A stretch of DNA of 61,000 bases, counting the filler, from Sluysia triapertura (lineage: Eukaryota), in assembly GCA_046118255.1 (NCBI GenBank). It is 5 parts of 5 records of this genome, joined end to end, with 100 filler letters (N's around TTAATTAATTAA, not from the genome) between each part and the next. Parts side by side here need not be neighbours in the genome. Positions count along the whole stretch, not along the records: positions 11,050 to 24,356 come from JBJNIA010047456.1; positions 24,457 to 37,412 come from JBJNIA010069175.1; 3 more parts are not named here. One strand, given 5' to 3'. Positions 12,948 through 25,482 of the stretch are shown here, piece by piece. The translations under genes were made by a program, and so were the position numbers. How positions within the stretch are numbered: position 1 is the stretch's first letter; the number at the start of each line of letters is the position of its first letter. The notes beneath the pieces were generated by a model. It had not been told where the DNA came from, did no database searches, and was given only the letters and a program-made list of their open reading frames with translations.

Positions 12948-15900
12948 TTTTTTGTAGGACTTATTTCTAATTAAAGTTTTTAGCTGATTTATTCAACCAA
13001 CTATTTAAACCAGTAAAAATTTTAAATATTAATGAATTATTAAATATAGGCTTAATGCCTTTAAAAACAAAACTAAATTTAAAACATCAGATCAACGAAA
13101 TTTGACAAATTTTTATTATGCAAGAATAAAAATAAAAATTACCAACATCACAATGTATAATGTTCGTGAACCAAGCTTGTTTATGTTATGCAATATCATG
13201 TAAGATACTGGTATACCTCTCCGGATCGACTGTGGTACTTATATTGGAACCAGTGATCGGGCATTTAAATTTTATTTTGATGGAATTATTTTGTAGTGGT
13301 ATTTCATTAGTTATGGACTTACCTACGCCTTTGTTTCACCATGTCGAACCTGTAGGCCATTTATTTTGTTTATTTACGTTATTTCTATCACTATTTTTGT
13401 TATTTGAATTTACACGGGCCCTGTTTAGGTTTCTTCGACGCAGCATTGAATCCATAGGTTATTTGTCAGGAGATGTTATTTTGTTTACAGGGAATGGCTG
13501 GTTTCGCCTGTAAAGTTAAAGGAGCCAGATGACGTGGCGCCTGTAAAGATGGAAAATGTGTCACATCGGCGCAGTCACTATTTTAGTTAATGGGGTAGTG
13601 GAGTCACTTGTTCTTAATTTAAACTCCCGCTTAATATTGAAATTTTTCTCTTGGAGTTTGTGGCCCTACATTGTCCGTAATATTGATTTTGTCTATCTTT
13701 AGTTGTCCAAGATCTGTCAGGCAACCAACTGAATTGTATTCTTTACTGTGACTATTTTATGTAGCTTCTAGATCTCTTATTGATGGCATTGGTTCATCTC
13801 TGTCTCCTCGAATCCTTTGTACAATTGTATAAAGTATTGTAACAACCCCGTCCAATTCTCCAGTGCGCAACTCAAACCGTGAATAATTTTTGTGTATGAG
13901 GTTGGCTTTTATGTTAAGTGTACGTCTGAGGTGGTTTAGGTTTCTGCGTTTGTGTGTTAATGCTTATGTAATGTTTGCATCTTTATTTATGTAATGTCTG
14001 ATATCTATGTTCATCTGTGGTTTTATTGTCACTACGTAGTTCGTAGTTGTGTGTATATGAATGTATGAACACATACAATACACCCAGCATTTATCATATC
14101 CAGTCAAGATGCACTAGTCACAGCGCGTCAAAATGTTACGGAGTAATTTTTTATTTCAATAATAATTTTATAAATGTTAATATTAATAATGATAATAATA
14201 ATTATATTGATGATAAGAAAACAATAAAATTTTACTGTTGAAAAATAAGTGGTAATAATAATATCAATAATAATGACGTTAATAACAATAAAGATAATAA
14301 TTACAATTTTTTATTTAAAAAGACTAACGTCTTATTAATAATAATATAATAAAAATAATAAAATTGTAAATGTTATAATAATAAATATTAAATTCTTCTA
14401 TAAATAATGATATTAATATTAATATATAACTAAAAATAAAATATAATAATAATAATAATTTTAATTAGGCTTTATATCCTAGTTTGTAACAAAAATCAAT
14501 ATTTACTTTGCACTCAGTAGTAGTAATAAAGAGTATATATACTCATTTAGTTGCCAATAATTTGATAAAGAGTTCAACTAATCAGAAAGAGTACAATTGT
14601 ACTCACAATTACATTGCGCATTAATTCACAATTTAATTTATGAAACACATTCTAATTAATTAATGTTAAAGAGAAAACGTTTAATATTGGTGTAAGTCAG
14701 TCTTTCAGTCTAACTACGATTTATTTATGAAAGTTACCAGAACGATGTCGCAACACGTTTCAATTATACCATGACATAACATTATATCAGATCCTATACT
14801 TTTACTACTACATTTGAACTTCAAAATCAATAGAATTATTAAATCATGGAATAAAATCAAATTTAAAGTTAATAACCATAATAAATATAACTCCATTCGT
14901 TATCCTTGTATACTTTTTCTAACATTCATATCTCATGCTTGTGTTTATGTACCGAATAAACTTTCATCGAAATCGTATTAAAAATCAAATTACAATAGCG
15001 ATTGTCGGTCACAACTTGGTGCATTAATTACTTATTCGTATCCTTACGGTCTATTTTATATTTTGTATTATATTATATGTTATATCCTTCAAGTCAGAGA
15101 AAAAAGAAAGATAAAGAACTAAATGAGAAGAAATTGTCTGAAAATATATCAAGTTGTTTATTTGAATCAAAAAACTATATAGTATTATGTTTACCTTGTA
15201 CAATTTTTTTTAGAATTGTACAATTTAAAATTTTTTCAAATTTTTGCAATAAAGATGTTGCAGTATACAATTCGGAGATTATCAAGATGGATTTAATGCA
15301 TGGAGATTTCAAATCAGGATTTTGAAAGCTGAGTTTCGAAACATTGATCACGAGGTTTGCGTATGTAAATGCGTCAGCTCGGCATGTAGAACGATTGCTA
15401 TTTAGTAATTTGATCGCCTATTACGTGACTCTGAATGTTTTAGATCGATGCCACGAGTCACATGAAGGCTATTTTTCCATTGATAAATGCAAGAAACTTT
15501 GAAATTTGAAATTGCCATCAGACATGCATGACTTACTGTGTCAAATTTAAATATTACGTTACTACGGTTTGATGTTAAAATTATTCACTATGTAACCATT
15601 ATTTGCAATTTTATACTTTATTTGTTAATTTAACTTTAATTAATTTTAAGTTTTATTTTTTAACAATTAACTATTTAATATTAGACGTTTTAAATGAGAT
15701 AAATAGTTTTTTCTTTGTGTTAATACAAATAGAAATAAAGTTATGCTTCCTCAATTCACAAATTGACGCTATGGTCCAAGTCTTAAAGCATCTCGTATGT
15801 ATAATTGTATCGAGTGTCTGTGGTACTACCTAAGACCTAGGATTTCTCAGTAAGACTGGAAAATGATGCTGTTCTTCCAACTTTAAGTGCAAATTTCTCA

Positions 15901-16222
15901 CGTTGAGTAATGAAGGCTATTGTTAGTAAATTTATCTTAGTGACTAAATTTTTTATTCAACATTATCCATAAGTAATTATTACAAGCCCTCTTTTTATGT
16001 CTATTAGTAATCGAAATAAATTTGTTTTCATTATTTTCGTATTTATAATGTAAATGTTAAGAATAATAATGAATTGTTTAAGTGCATTATGCACCTAAGT
16101 AATGTTTTTATTAAGAGTTAAGTTTTATTAACCAAGTCAACAAATTAATAATTAAGATAAAAAATAATGATAAAGCATCATAAAATTCAGAAATTAAAAA
16201 TCAAATATCAACAACATTAAAA

Positions 16223-16236
16223 TGGTGTCAAAAGTG
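16223..16236 (+). promoter_or_regulatory. Degenerate tRNA-Leu-type PBS of another LTR remnant
   Basis: CA-TTAAAA-TGGTGTCAAAAGTG resembles TGGTGTCAGAAGTG; no coding region follows. Confidence 0.3.
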
Positions 16237-16310
16237 CAAACTAACACTAAATGAACTTTTCAAATTTACAATTTACTTTAGAAAAGCTAAAATTCGTAAA
16301 TTAAAAATCA

Positions 16311-16770
16311 AAATAAATATTATAAATAGTTTAATAAATAAACTATTAAATAAATAAATAAATATTAAATATTAAATTGTTTCTAGTACATATTAAAGTG
16401 TAGCGTAAAATAAATAAAATTAATACATCTTAGTCTTACATGTGGTGGCCAACATTTACAACCATTAAAATTTTATTAAAAACTAATATTTTTTCTTTTC
16501 ATCACACTCTAACACTCATACATTCATCTCTTACATACCTACTAAAATCAATTCATACTCACAATTCCACAACATTACCAATTTACACCAAAAACATGTA
16601 ACGCGACATTCATAATAATCAAACAACAAACACATTCGAGATAATTCACTTAATACTTTCGAATTCTTTATTTTACGCTACACTTGAATATTTACTAGCA
16701 ACAATTTAATATTTAATATTTATTTATTTATTTAATAGTTTATTTATTAAACTATTTATAATATTTATTT
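16311..16770. repeat. ~104-bp near-perfect inverted repeat (16311-16414 / 16667-16770)
   Basis: Arms are reverse complements with only a few differences, including the non-low-complexity core AAGTGTAGCGTAAAATAAA. Confidence 0.9.
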
Positions 16771-17310
16771 AATAGTTTATTTTCCTAAACTAAACCATAG
16801 CCACAAACTTATAAAATATAAACCACAATTACATTTAATACCACTAGATAACACCAATAAATCTAATTGAAACATAAAATATCTTCACATCTTCGAATCA
16901 ATTACATCTTAAATTCACTATTGTCTATGCATAATCATCAACAACACGGTACAACAACACCAAAAACATCAAATAAACAAATCACATAAAACATCGTATA
17001 ATAATATCTTAAAAATACCTAGAGTTGTATTGTAGTTGCCTTTTTAGAATTACTAAATTTCAATCTTCTCAATAATCCTTTCATCCACGATCTTCCAACA
17101 CTTAAATCTTGTCTTCAATTATGAACTTTAATCAATATCTAAGAACTTATTCTAACATTCTCTATTTCTTTTCAAGACTCATCAATTATTGTATCTTCAA
17201 AGGTTAATTATACTTATCAATTCTTTCAAAAAAATTCTTACTCAGAAACTTTAGTCCCAAATAAATTTTTAATTTATTTCAAAATGCTAGAAATCTTTAA
17301 GAATTAAGGA
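16441..17310 (+). repeat. Interspersed repeat, copy A
   Basis: Collinear with the reverse complement of 19428-20046; shared blocks include CACAATTCCACAACAT, AAACCACAATTACATTTA and AAGAACTTATTCTAACAT. Confidence 0.85.
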
Positions 17311-17510
17311 TGTTTGGGGTTTTAATTTGAAAATGTAGTTTACACCAAGTTGAAGTTTTGACATCTCTGAATGCTAAATGCTTATTTATGATGTCATTAA
17401 ATTTATCTAAGCGCGAATATTCAAAATTTCTACTACAATTATTATGCCCGAGTGGTAATTTGTCATTCTTAATCATAGACTTATAATATCGAAAATTAAT
17501 GAATTCGAAA

Positions 17511-18798
17511 TCATATAAAATTGTATCGTTGATTTTTAACTTCGTTCATCATTATACTTATTTGTTTATTAAAAAGTTTAATAAGTACATGTTTACAAAA
17601 CACGAATAAACTAATGCTTATTATGTTGAAAAACATAAATGGTGATATACAAGTTTTAGTATAAAAAGCAAATTTTAAAGTCATGTTTGTGACATTGTTT
17701 GTGCATAGTAGTTTGGGCACCTCATCCGTAAGTTCATCGTTGGACCACGTGCTGGAGTAAAATTCTAAAGAAAATATAACAAAATCGATATTCAGAGTAA
17801 ATAAAATAAAACTTTACTATATAATTGTTCTGTAAAAACTTTATCAAATTAAGTTCCATCCTAATAACTTTACCTTCAGCATTGTTCAATTGTTCTATAG
17901 TATGTTGAAGAGTCCTATCTGGCTTTAACGTACGATCTAAAGGTTGTTGTACTATACCAATTATGACTAGCAATCTTGTTAATTTCATGGTTGAATCGAG
18001 TGTTGGTTTGGTAATATTATTTTTATTTGACTTATACAAACGAGTCGTATCTTCATTAAAAAGCTCTAATAAGTGACGGATTTCATAACTGCAAATGGGA
18101 TCCAAGATGCAACTAATAAAATAGAACAGTTGATAAGATTCATGGAATTTTGTATTCGTTTTGATGATACCTTTGACATTTCCTATTTCATCGCTTTTAA
18201 TTTTCCAATAAGATTTGACAACATAAGATTCAATATCATGTAGTTTGTAATTATTAGATGACGTGTAATTATGAACTTTGACTAATCTACATGGAAGAGA
18301 TTCCGATCTAGAATACATCATGTAACAATGGTCTGAATTAGAATTTCTATTGATAAATCTTAAACTTTGTGATGATGTTGATGAAGTTCGTACAATAAAA
18401 ACATAATTTTGAACTTTTTTTATCATCTAAATTAACTCTTGAATTGTTCTAGTATTCGGTTTAAGTTGACCAAACATTTTCAATTCATTTATTTCACAGA
18501 AGTTGCGTAATACACTTTGATGACCATCTTTGATAGAATAATAAAGAATCATAAAATTCGTAATCATAGCTGAAGAAACTTTCGAACTAGCAATGTCTGA
18601 AACTGTAAATACGAAATTAGTCAAAGAGATATCAAGTTTGTTCAAGATGATTATAACATATACAAGATTACTAAATTTTTTGGGGTACTTGATACTAATT
18701 TCTACAAGACTAGGTTCATCAAGGATAGACGCGATTGACTTCAACATTATAACATAACCACGGTTAGTTTTACTATCCAATTCTTCAATTACACGCAT
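17511..18798 (-). pseudogene. Unidentified intronless ORF broken by an in-frame stop and probable frameshift
   Basis: ORF 18427-18798 ends in TAG immediately followed in frame by the ATG of ORF 17734-18426 (~354 codons together); 17511-17720 may continue it in another frame. No family recognised. Confidence 0.45.
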
Positions 18799-19427
18799 TG
18801 TATAACTCCAAAGCTTTTATAATTTGTAGAATTATTGATTGTCGAAAAATTATCTTAATTAATTTATTTGATAAAAATTTCGATATTTTAACTGCAAAAA
18901 ATTTTTGGTTCCTTTTTTAATCTTACTGCTGATATTACTATTATAACTTTTGTAATTATGTTGGTAATCCAATCAGAGCTTTCTAACAAAATAAGGAATT
19001 ATATTAACTCTGATTGGGTGGCTGGTTATAATCACAATCAAGCGGTTAAGAGTAAAATTAGATGTAGGCAGCCGTCATCAGTATTGACGAGACACTGACA
19101 GTCATGATTAAAAACGTCAACACTGGTGATGGTGGTGACTATTTATGTGAAATACAAAATTTTAATAATAGTTAATTTAGCTGTTGATAATAATAATGAC
19201 AATATTATAAAAATATAAATATAAAATAAATACATAAACTATCCTTTTTAGAAAATTAACACATGATCTTTTCTTTCTTTATTCTTTTATTCTTACATAT
19301 AAAAAGGCGAAAAATTAAATAAATTGACGGAAATGAGTGAAATAGCAATGATAACATGGTGTATAATGCTGGAGTTATCGTTATTTCACTGCATAAGATT
19401 GAATTTTTTAAAACTATATTCGATTTA

Positions 19428-20046
19428 GCTTGAATTCTTGAAAGTTTTTATCATGTTGAAGTAGATTAAAATGTATTTGAAACTAAATTACTGAGTAAGA
19501 ATTGTTTTGAAAGATTTGATAAATATATTTAATTTTCAAAAATATGATAAATGAATTGAGTCGAAAATGAAATAAAGGATGTTAGAATAAGTTCTTAAGT
19601 ATTGATTGAAGTTTAAAATTAAAAATAAGGTGGATAAAAGAGTTTACTGAGAAGATTGTGATTTAATGAATCTAAGAACAATTGCAATACAACTCTTTGT
19701 ATATTTAAGGTGTTATGGAATGGTACTAAATGTAATTGTGGTTTATATGTTGTAAGTTTGTGATTGTGATTTGGTTTGAGCATTTAAACTATTGAATGAA
19801 TGCTATTAATTATTAGGTATTAATTGTTAAAGTGTTGTTGGATTATTGTGAATATCGAGTAATGTTTTTGGTGAATTAGTTAATGTAAATTGGTAATGTT
19901 GAATATAATTGTGATTTAGATGTTGTGGAATTGTGCATATAATTTGATTTTAAAGAGTATGTAATAGATGGATGTATAACTGTTGAGATGTAGTGAAAGA
20001 GAAGGAAAAGGTGGTAGTTTTTAATAAAATTTTAGTGGTTACTACA
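19428..20046 (-). repeat. Interspersed repeat, copy B (inverted relative to copy A)
   Basis: Reverse complement starts TGTAGTAACCACTAAAATTTTATTAAAAACTA and aligns by eye with 16441-17310 with indels. Confidence 0.85.
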
Positions 20047-22142
20047 AATATTATTATTATAACAAAGTATTATTAAATACTATTATTTATCTAGTGTTAA
20101 GCATTATTAGTCAGTTATCTAAAAGTTAAGGTCAACGCGTAGTAAGTAACTGATATAAATAGCGTTTGAAAAATACATAATCGTAGCATTTGTAAAAATT
20201 ATAAAGTCATACAATATAAATCACCATTTGATCAAGTAGAATTTTAAGGGAGAGATTTTATAAAATATTTTTCCTAAGGTTAAAAACAAAGTTTTAGTTT
20301 AATTATTCGATTTACCAATTTGATTTTTGACTTACACTGTTTACCAGAAGTAAATATATTTCCTGTTAATTCATTTGAAGAATAGTTTATCAGAAATTAA
20401 ATACATTTATTACCGCAGTTCATTTGAAAAACAAATTATATCCGTTAGTTTATATAGGGTAATAAGTGAAAATTTTAAAAAGACTTTAAATTATACTTAA
20501 AATTTTCAATTAATATTTAGTCAATTTTTAACATAAAATTTCTATAATTTTAATCACGTTATTATTTTGCAAAAGAAAAATAATATTTAAATATTTTATT
20601 CAATAATTATGTATTTGTCAACGAACATTTGTAATATTTTCTTGCATAAAATTGTGACAAACATTTGTATTTTTTACTATTTTTGCATAAGATTATAACA
20701 TTCGCATTAATATTATAACATTTTATAAAATGTGTACAACATTTATTTATAACTCGTAACCTGCCATTTTTAACTGTTACAATTGTAGTTTTATAAATTT
20801 TCGTTAATTTAAAGAATAAATTATTTATTAAACCAAGGACTTGTTTTATTTTTGATAAATAAGCTGATAAAGAGAAACTAAAAGAACCCTGCAATCAAAA
20901 GATAAAATTTACGTCAAGAAATCGCCCATTTTAGTGACTATTATAATTGATATTTCAAAAAGTTACACATCTAAACCTAGAAAAATAAATTATTTGGTCA
21001 CAATTTAGTATGTTGGAGTTTATAATTTTTAAATGCTTTGGATTCTTAAACATTACAAATATTTTATTTTGAAAACTGATTATTAATAATAATTGTTTTA
21101 ATTTTGTGAATACTATTTTTATTATCATTTTTTATAATATAAATATTATTAAAACTAAATAAAAGTGTTTAAAAATTTAAAAAATTTAATTTCAATATTA
21201 ATTAATAATTTAAGAAAAATTTGATATTTAAAAAATCAAAGAAAAAATTTAATTGAATATTTAAAATCAAAATTTTGTTTAAATGTATTATTTTTTAAAT
21301 GGATTTCAATATGGCGTCTATTAATATTTAAGCGTTGGAATTTTTGGAGTTACACTCAATAATTTCACACAAGTTTTAGAGTTATTAATTTACGCGGCTG
21401 TGTATACTCCCATGAAGAGGTTATTTTTATTTATAGGTTTAATCACAATCTAATTTTAATAAAATAGAGTTTTTCTAAAATAATACTTAAAATACATTTA
21501 CCTTTCCTTGACCATAACTTTTACCACAATTTTTACCAAAAATACGATATTTGGTAGATATACTAGCCTTAGGCTTAAGGTATTAAAATCATTAAAGTTA
21601 TTATATTTTATATGCTTTGTAAAAATTTTGTAGTTTTCTTTGTAGAACTTGTAAATAATACATTTATAGAGTGTTAAGAAAATTATTTGAATTAACTAAA
21701 ATATTTATTAACTTGATTAGACCGTAAAAATGCTGACTTAAAATAAATTAAATAACAGTAAATTCGAAAGTTTTTAGTAGCACATATTCATTAACGATTT
21801 GATATTTTTAAAGATTCCTACGATTACGTATATAAACGCCTGTAAGTATAAATAAATTCTTTACCTTTAGTTGAAAAAATCTAATTAGAACGTCATCGGC
21901 CAGATACAGAACGTTTATAATTAGTCGAACCGACTCTCACGATTATTTTGTAAGTATAAGCATAAATTCTATAAAACACTTGCAAGTAACATATTTGAAT
22001 ATATATAATAATAGTTAATTTTTCTAATTAATATAAATTCCATCTAATAGATATATTTAGATCTGATTTAAATTATCAAATTATATAAACTCGCTTGAAT
22101 TAGCGGGAATTGAATCAAGAGTTTCCATTACTTCCAATTTTC

Positions 22143-22179
22143 TTTAACGTTGACATCTATGCATCGGCCCTTAAGTGTG
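22143..22179 (-). mobile_element. PIF/Harbinger-like element terminus (copy 2)
   Basis: Reverse complement CACAC-TTA-AGGGCCGATGCATAGATGTCAACGT matches 4867-4901. Confidence 0.4.
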
Positions 22180-23374
22180 CCATAGAAGAATCACATATAT
22201 AAACACATAAAGAAATAATTAAATATATTTAAGTGTACTAAAATTCTCACAGTGATGAAGATGATAACTACTCAAAATTAATAAAAGATGAAGAAAAAAA
22301 TGTCATTCTACGAAAATTTTATATCACTGGATTAGATTGTGATAAAAATCGGTTCAATAATAAACATTAAAAAGTATTTATGAGGTATATATGCGTGACA
22401 GAATTTAAGAAAGACAAAAAAAGAGAACACAAAGAAAGAAAAGGAAACCATTACAAGCAATTGAAGAATGAATCGAATAAATTAACAGTGTAATTTCAAA
22501 TGAAGGTATGAAACAAAGAATTCAACAATTAATCAATAAATGGGACATTGACCATTGTAAAGGCTTTTGATCTGTATATAAATAGTGTCCGCGACCAGAT
22601 ATAATGATGAAACTTTTTTACTGCAAATATAATTGCTAAGGCTTCCTTTTCAATTGTTGAATAATTTTTCTCATAGTTTTTTAATGTTCGACTTGAATAT
22701 GCTATTAAATGATCCTTACTATCATCTGTTTCTTTTTGCCCTAACATAGCACCTACGGTATATCCACTGGCATCAGTCATTATAATAAAAGTACAACTGG
22801 AAATCATAAAATAGGATAATTCATAAGTTTTTCCTTCAATTCCTCAAATGCATTTTGTTGTTTTTGTGTCCAATAAAATTTTGATTTCTTTTTTATTAAA
22901 ATATACAGAAGGTGAGCTATTTTTGCGAAGCCCTCTATAAACTTTCTGTAATATTCGACTAATCCTAAAAGTCTTTCTAATTGTTTAACAGAATTTGGTG
23001 CTAGAAAATTTTTTATATTCTCAACGTTTCTTGGATGAATTCCATGTTTTGATACAACATGGCCCAAAAATGCTAAACTAGCTTTAGCCCATTCATATTT
23101 ACTTGGTTTAATTTTTAATACTGCAATTTCGAGTCGATACAAAACTTGCGATACATCCTCCACATGTTCTTCAAATGAAATTGAATAAATAAGAATATCA
23201 TCAATATATACCACAGCATGAGTTACATCCATTAATATATGTGATATACATCTCTGGAAGGTTGCTGGACCTCCTGTCAATTCAAAAGGAGGACATTAAA
23301 TTCAAATAAGCCATTATGTGTAACAAATGCCTTTTAAAATTATTTTCATCCGCAATTTCAATTTGCCTATAACG

Positions 23375-23530
23375 TGTTGGGATATAGGCTTAAGATGCCA
23401 CTTAGTATGGTTGACTATAATAATCTAAAAATTGTTAGACGGACTGATAGATCAGTAGATAGAGCATCGAACTGCACAACGAGAGGTCCTGGATTCGATC
23501 CCTGATCAGTCCATTTTATGAAGTCTAATA
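23375..23530 (+). mobile_element. Short TGTT...(C/T)A element containing a tRNA-Cys-like sequence (copy 1)
   Basis: Homologous to 26395-26522; starts TGTTGGGATATAGG, ends GAAGTCTAATA; sits inside the RT remnant. Confidence 0.8.
23441..23513 (+). tRNA. tRNA-Cys(GCA)-derived pseudo-tRNA inside a mobile repeat
   Basis: 73 nt with perfect acceptor stem GGACTGA/TCAGTCC, A-box-like TAGATCAGTAGATAGAGC, loop CTGCACA (GCA anticodon), AGAGGTCC variable region, B-box-like GATTCGATCCC, then TTTT. D, anticodon and T stems are imperfect. Confidence 0.55.
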
Positions 23531-24078
23531 AATCTAACATTTCATCAATTCTCGGTAATAGAAAAGTATCTTTCTTTGTAACCATGTATGGGCGTGGAAT
23601 TGGGTTTTATGTTATTACATTTAAGTTTTAAAATTTTAACAAATAACTCATCTAAGTTTAATACCATTTTTTCTTTAATACATGGTAATTTATTATTATA
23701 ACATACGTGCTTAAGGCACTTGAAATATTCTGTATTAAAACTTTGAAGACAATAATTAATATAAAAAGACACGAAGATTTTATTAAGGCGACATTTAAGT
23801 AAATCTACAATCAGTTTATTGAAATATAAAATTTTATCTAAATGAAGAACCTTACGTGAACAGTTAAAAGCTAAATAGTAGTGTCGTAATGATAAGAGAA
23901 TAATCGAATATTTATCAAATATAAAAGCCGCATGAGCACGATGTTTTACAACAGTTTTTCTTTTCTGGGATCCATCTTCTTGAAGATTTGGTTCGGCCAA
24001 TGATACACCAGCTGTCTGCTCGATTCTGCCACTAGTAACATCTCCACACGCTGTCCAACCTAGTAAAAAAGCTTCTAC

Positions 24079-24356
24079 TTCTGCATACCTTTGAATTTTT
24101 AGTGCATAGATCTCTAATAATTTAGTCCATTTACGTAAATCACCTTCGACTTGTATAGTTTGACATGATTGGCGAAGTTCCTTGATTATTTTAGGTAATA
24201 GTGTCCATCGGTTTAATTCTAAATATAGCTTTCCCAATTTTATATTTGCAATGAAACACAGCCTTCCAATTTTAGCTCTTTTTGGTGCATCTAATGTAGT
24301 AGTATAAATTTTTCGCGGCATCACTATTCGGTTTGATGTAGAAACATGATCTAAAA
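24079..24356 (-). pseudogene. COPS2: COP9 signalosome subunit 2-like fragment, diverged
   Basis: LDHVSTS...[30 protein letters not shown]...KIIKELRQSCQT...DLRKWTKLLEIYALKIQRY matches CSN2 (ILDYISTS...[30 protein letters not shown]...LHQSCQT...DLKKGTQLLEIYALEIQMY). Several highly conserved residues are changed; cut by the spacer. Confidence 0.8.
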
Positions 24357-24456
24357 NNNNNNNNNNNNNNNNNNNNNNNNNNNNNNNNNNNNNNNNNNNN
24401 TTAATTAATTAANNNNNNNNNNNNNNNNNNNNNNNNNNNNNNNNNNNNNNNNNNNN
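24357..24456. other. Artificial contig spacer
   Basis: 44 N + TTAATTAATTAA + 44 N. Confidence 0.97.

Positions 24457-24508
<52 letters not shown>
24457..24508. repeat. (AAT)n microsatellite at contig end
   Basis: Direct reading. Confidence 0.95.
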
Positions 24509-24509
<1 letters not shown>

Positions 24510-25482
24510 TTTAATACTTGCTTTAAATAAGGAAACTCGTACAAGAAAATCCATTTCTGCCACTTGGAATATCGAAATACTTTTGGGAACTGGATCAATA
24601 ATAATAACGAGTAGAATTTGACTTTATTGTGGATGATACAACTAATGATACCAAAATAATAGCAACACTAATTTCTCAGAGATCTAGAGTCGTCTTTTAG
24701 ACAATTTTCTTCGATTCGATTATGATAGTTGATTACGAGTCGAGTGCAACCAAATTGTGCTTATTAGAAGGTTTAAATCGTGTTTATTCATAAAATGGAC
24801 GACGCCACATACATTACATTTTTATGAAGAATATGATGCACAAGGTTATCTTTGGATAATTTCTAGATAATATCAAGACAGATATTCGACGGAAATTTGA
24901 TTAATCAAATTGGTCGGATTAAAACAGACTCCAAGAAATAAGCTCGTCTTATCGACATGCACAATAATTAAGTCGAATTCCCGACTTCCTAGCAATTATC
25001 CAAAGAACCACATTTTTCTATTATTACACAGGAAGAAAATTATTATAACAGTTAATAATCTCGCTGTAGGAATGCTGATTCAATAAAGAAGTGACAAACA
25101 CTGATCGAATCTTACAAATCTTTAGAAATCGAACTAAATTTTATTTTTAAGCCGACTTGTTTGTAGTTCACTGAGTCTTGAATTTTTATTATTTATTTGT
25201 GTTATGATATGTAAATGAATTTTATTTTATTGAATAATAAATTGTCGTAAAAGACTGTGTTATATTGACTTAATCATTATTTGATTTTTATTGTGATACA
25301 GTTATAATGTATTGAGATTGAGATTCATTTGATTGCCTTTTATAATTTAAAGAATATTAAAAAGATAAAAACATAAAAGAAAGATGAATGTAATCATTTT
25401 CTTCTCTAATAGTTAAACATTATTTTCAAATTCGAAATGATATTGTTATTATTATTATTCAATCATCGAATTGTATTGTCAG

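Larger units (their letters stand above)
22530..23585 (-). mobile_element. Degraded Ty3/gypsy reverse transcriptase-RNase H fragment
   Basis: VTKKDTFLLPRIDEMLD (23535-23585), QIEIA...AFVTHNGLFEF, GGPATFQR, VYIDDILIYS, FLGHVVS, YYRKFIEGFAKIA, then RNase H TDASGYTVGAMLGQ...YSTIEKEALAIIFAVKKFHHY. Interrupted by the tRNA-bearing insert. Confidence 0.95.

Noticed and set aside
1288-21000. Many short Ile/Phe/Leu/Asn-rich ORFs (e.g. 1288, 2056, 6429, 12686, 12747, 14047, 15002, 15603, 20607)
   Set aside because: Composition is explained by AT-richness and ATT/AAT repeats; no motifs or splice context.
23441-23513. Functional tRNA-Cys gene
   Set aside because: D, anticodon and T stems are disrupted, the second copy has a different loop (GCG) and lacks the 5' acceptor strand, and both are embedded in a repeat.
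24530-25100. Possible MULE-type transposase remnant (DYE.., HNN*VE) or extra PKHD1L1 exon
   Set aside because: All frames have stops and the motif resemblance is too weak to call.
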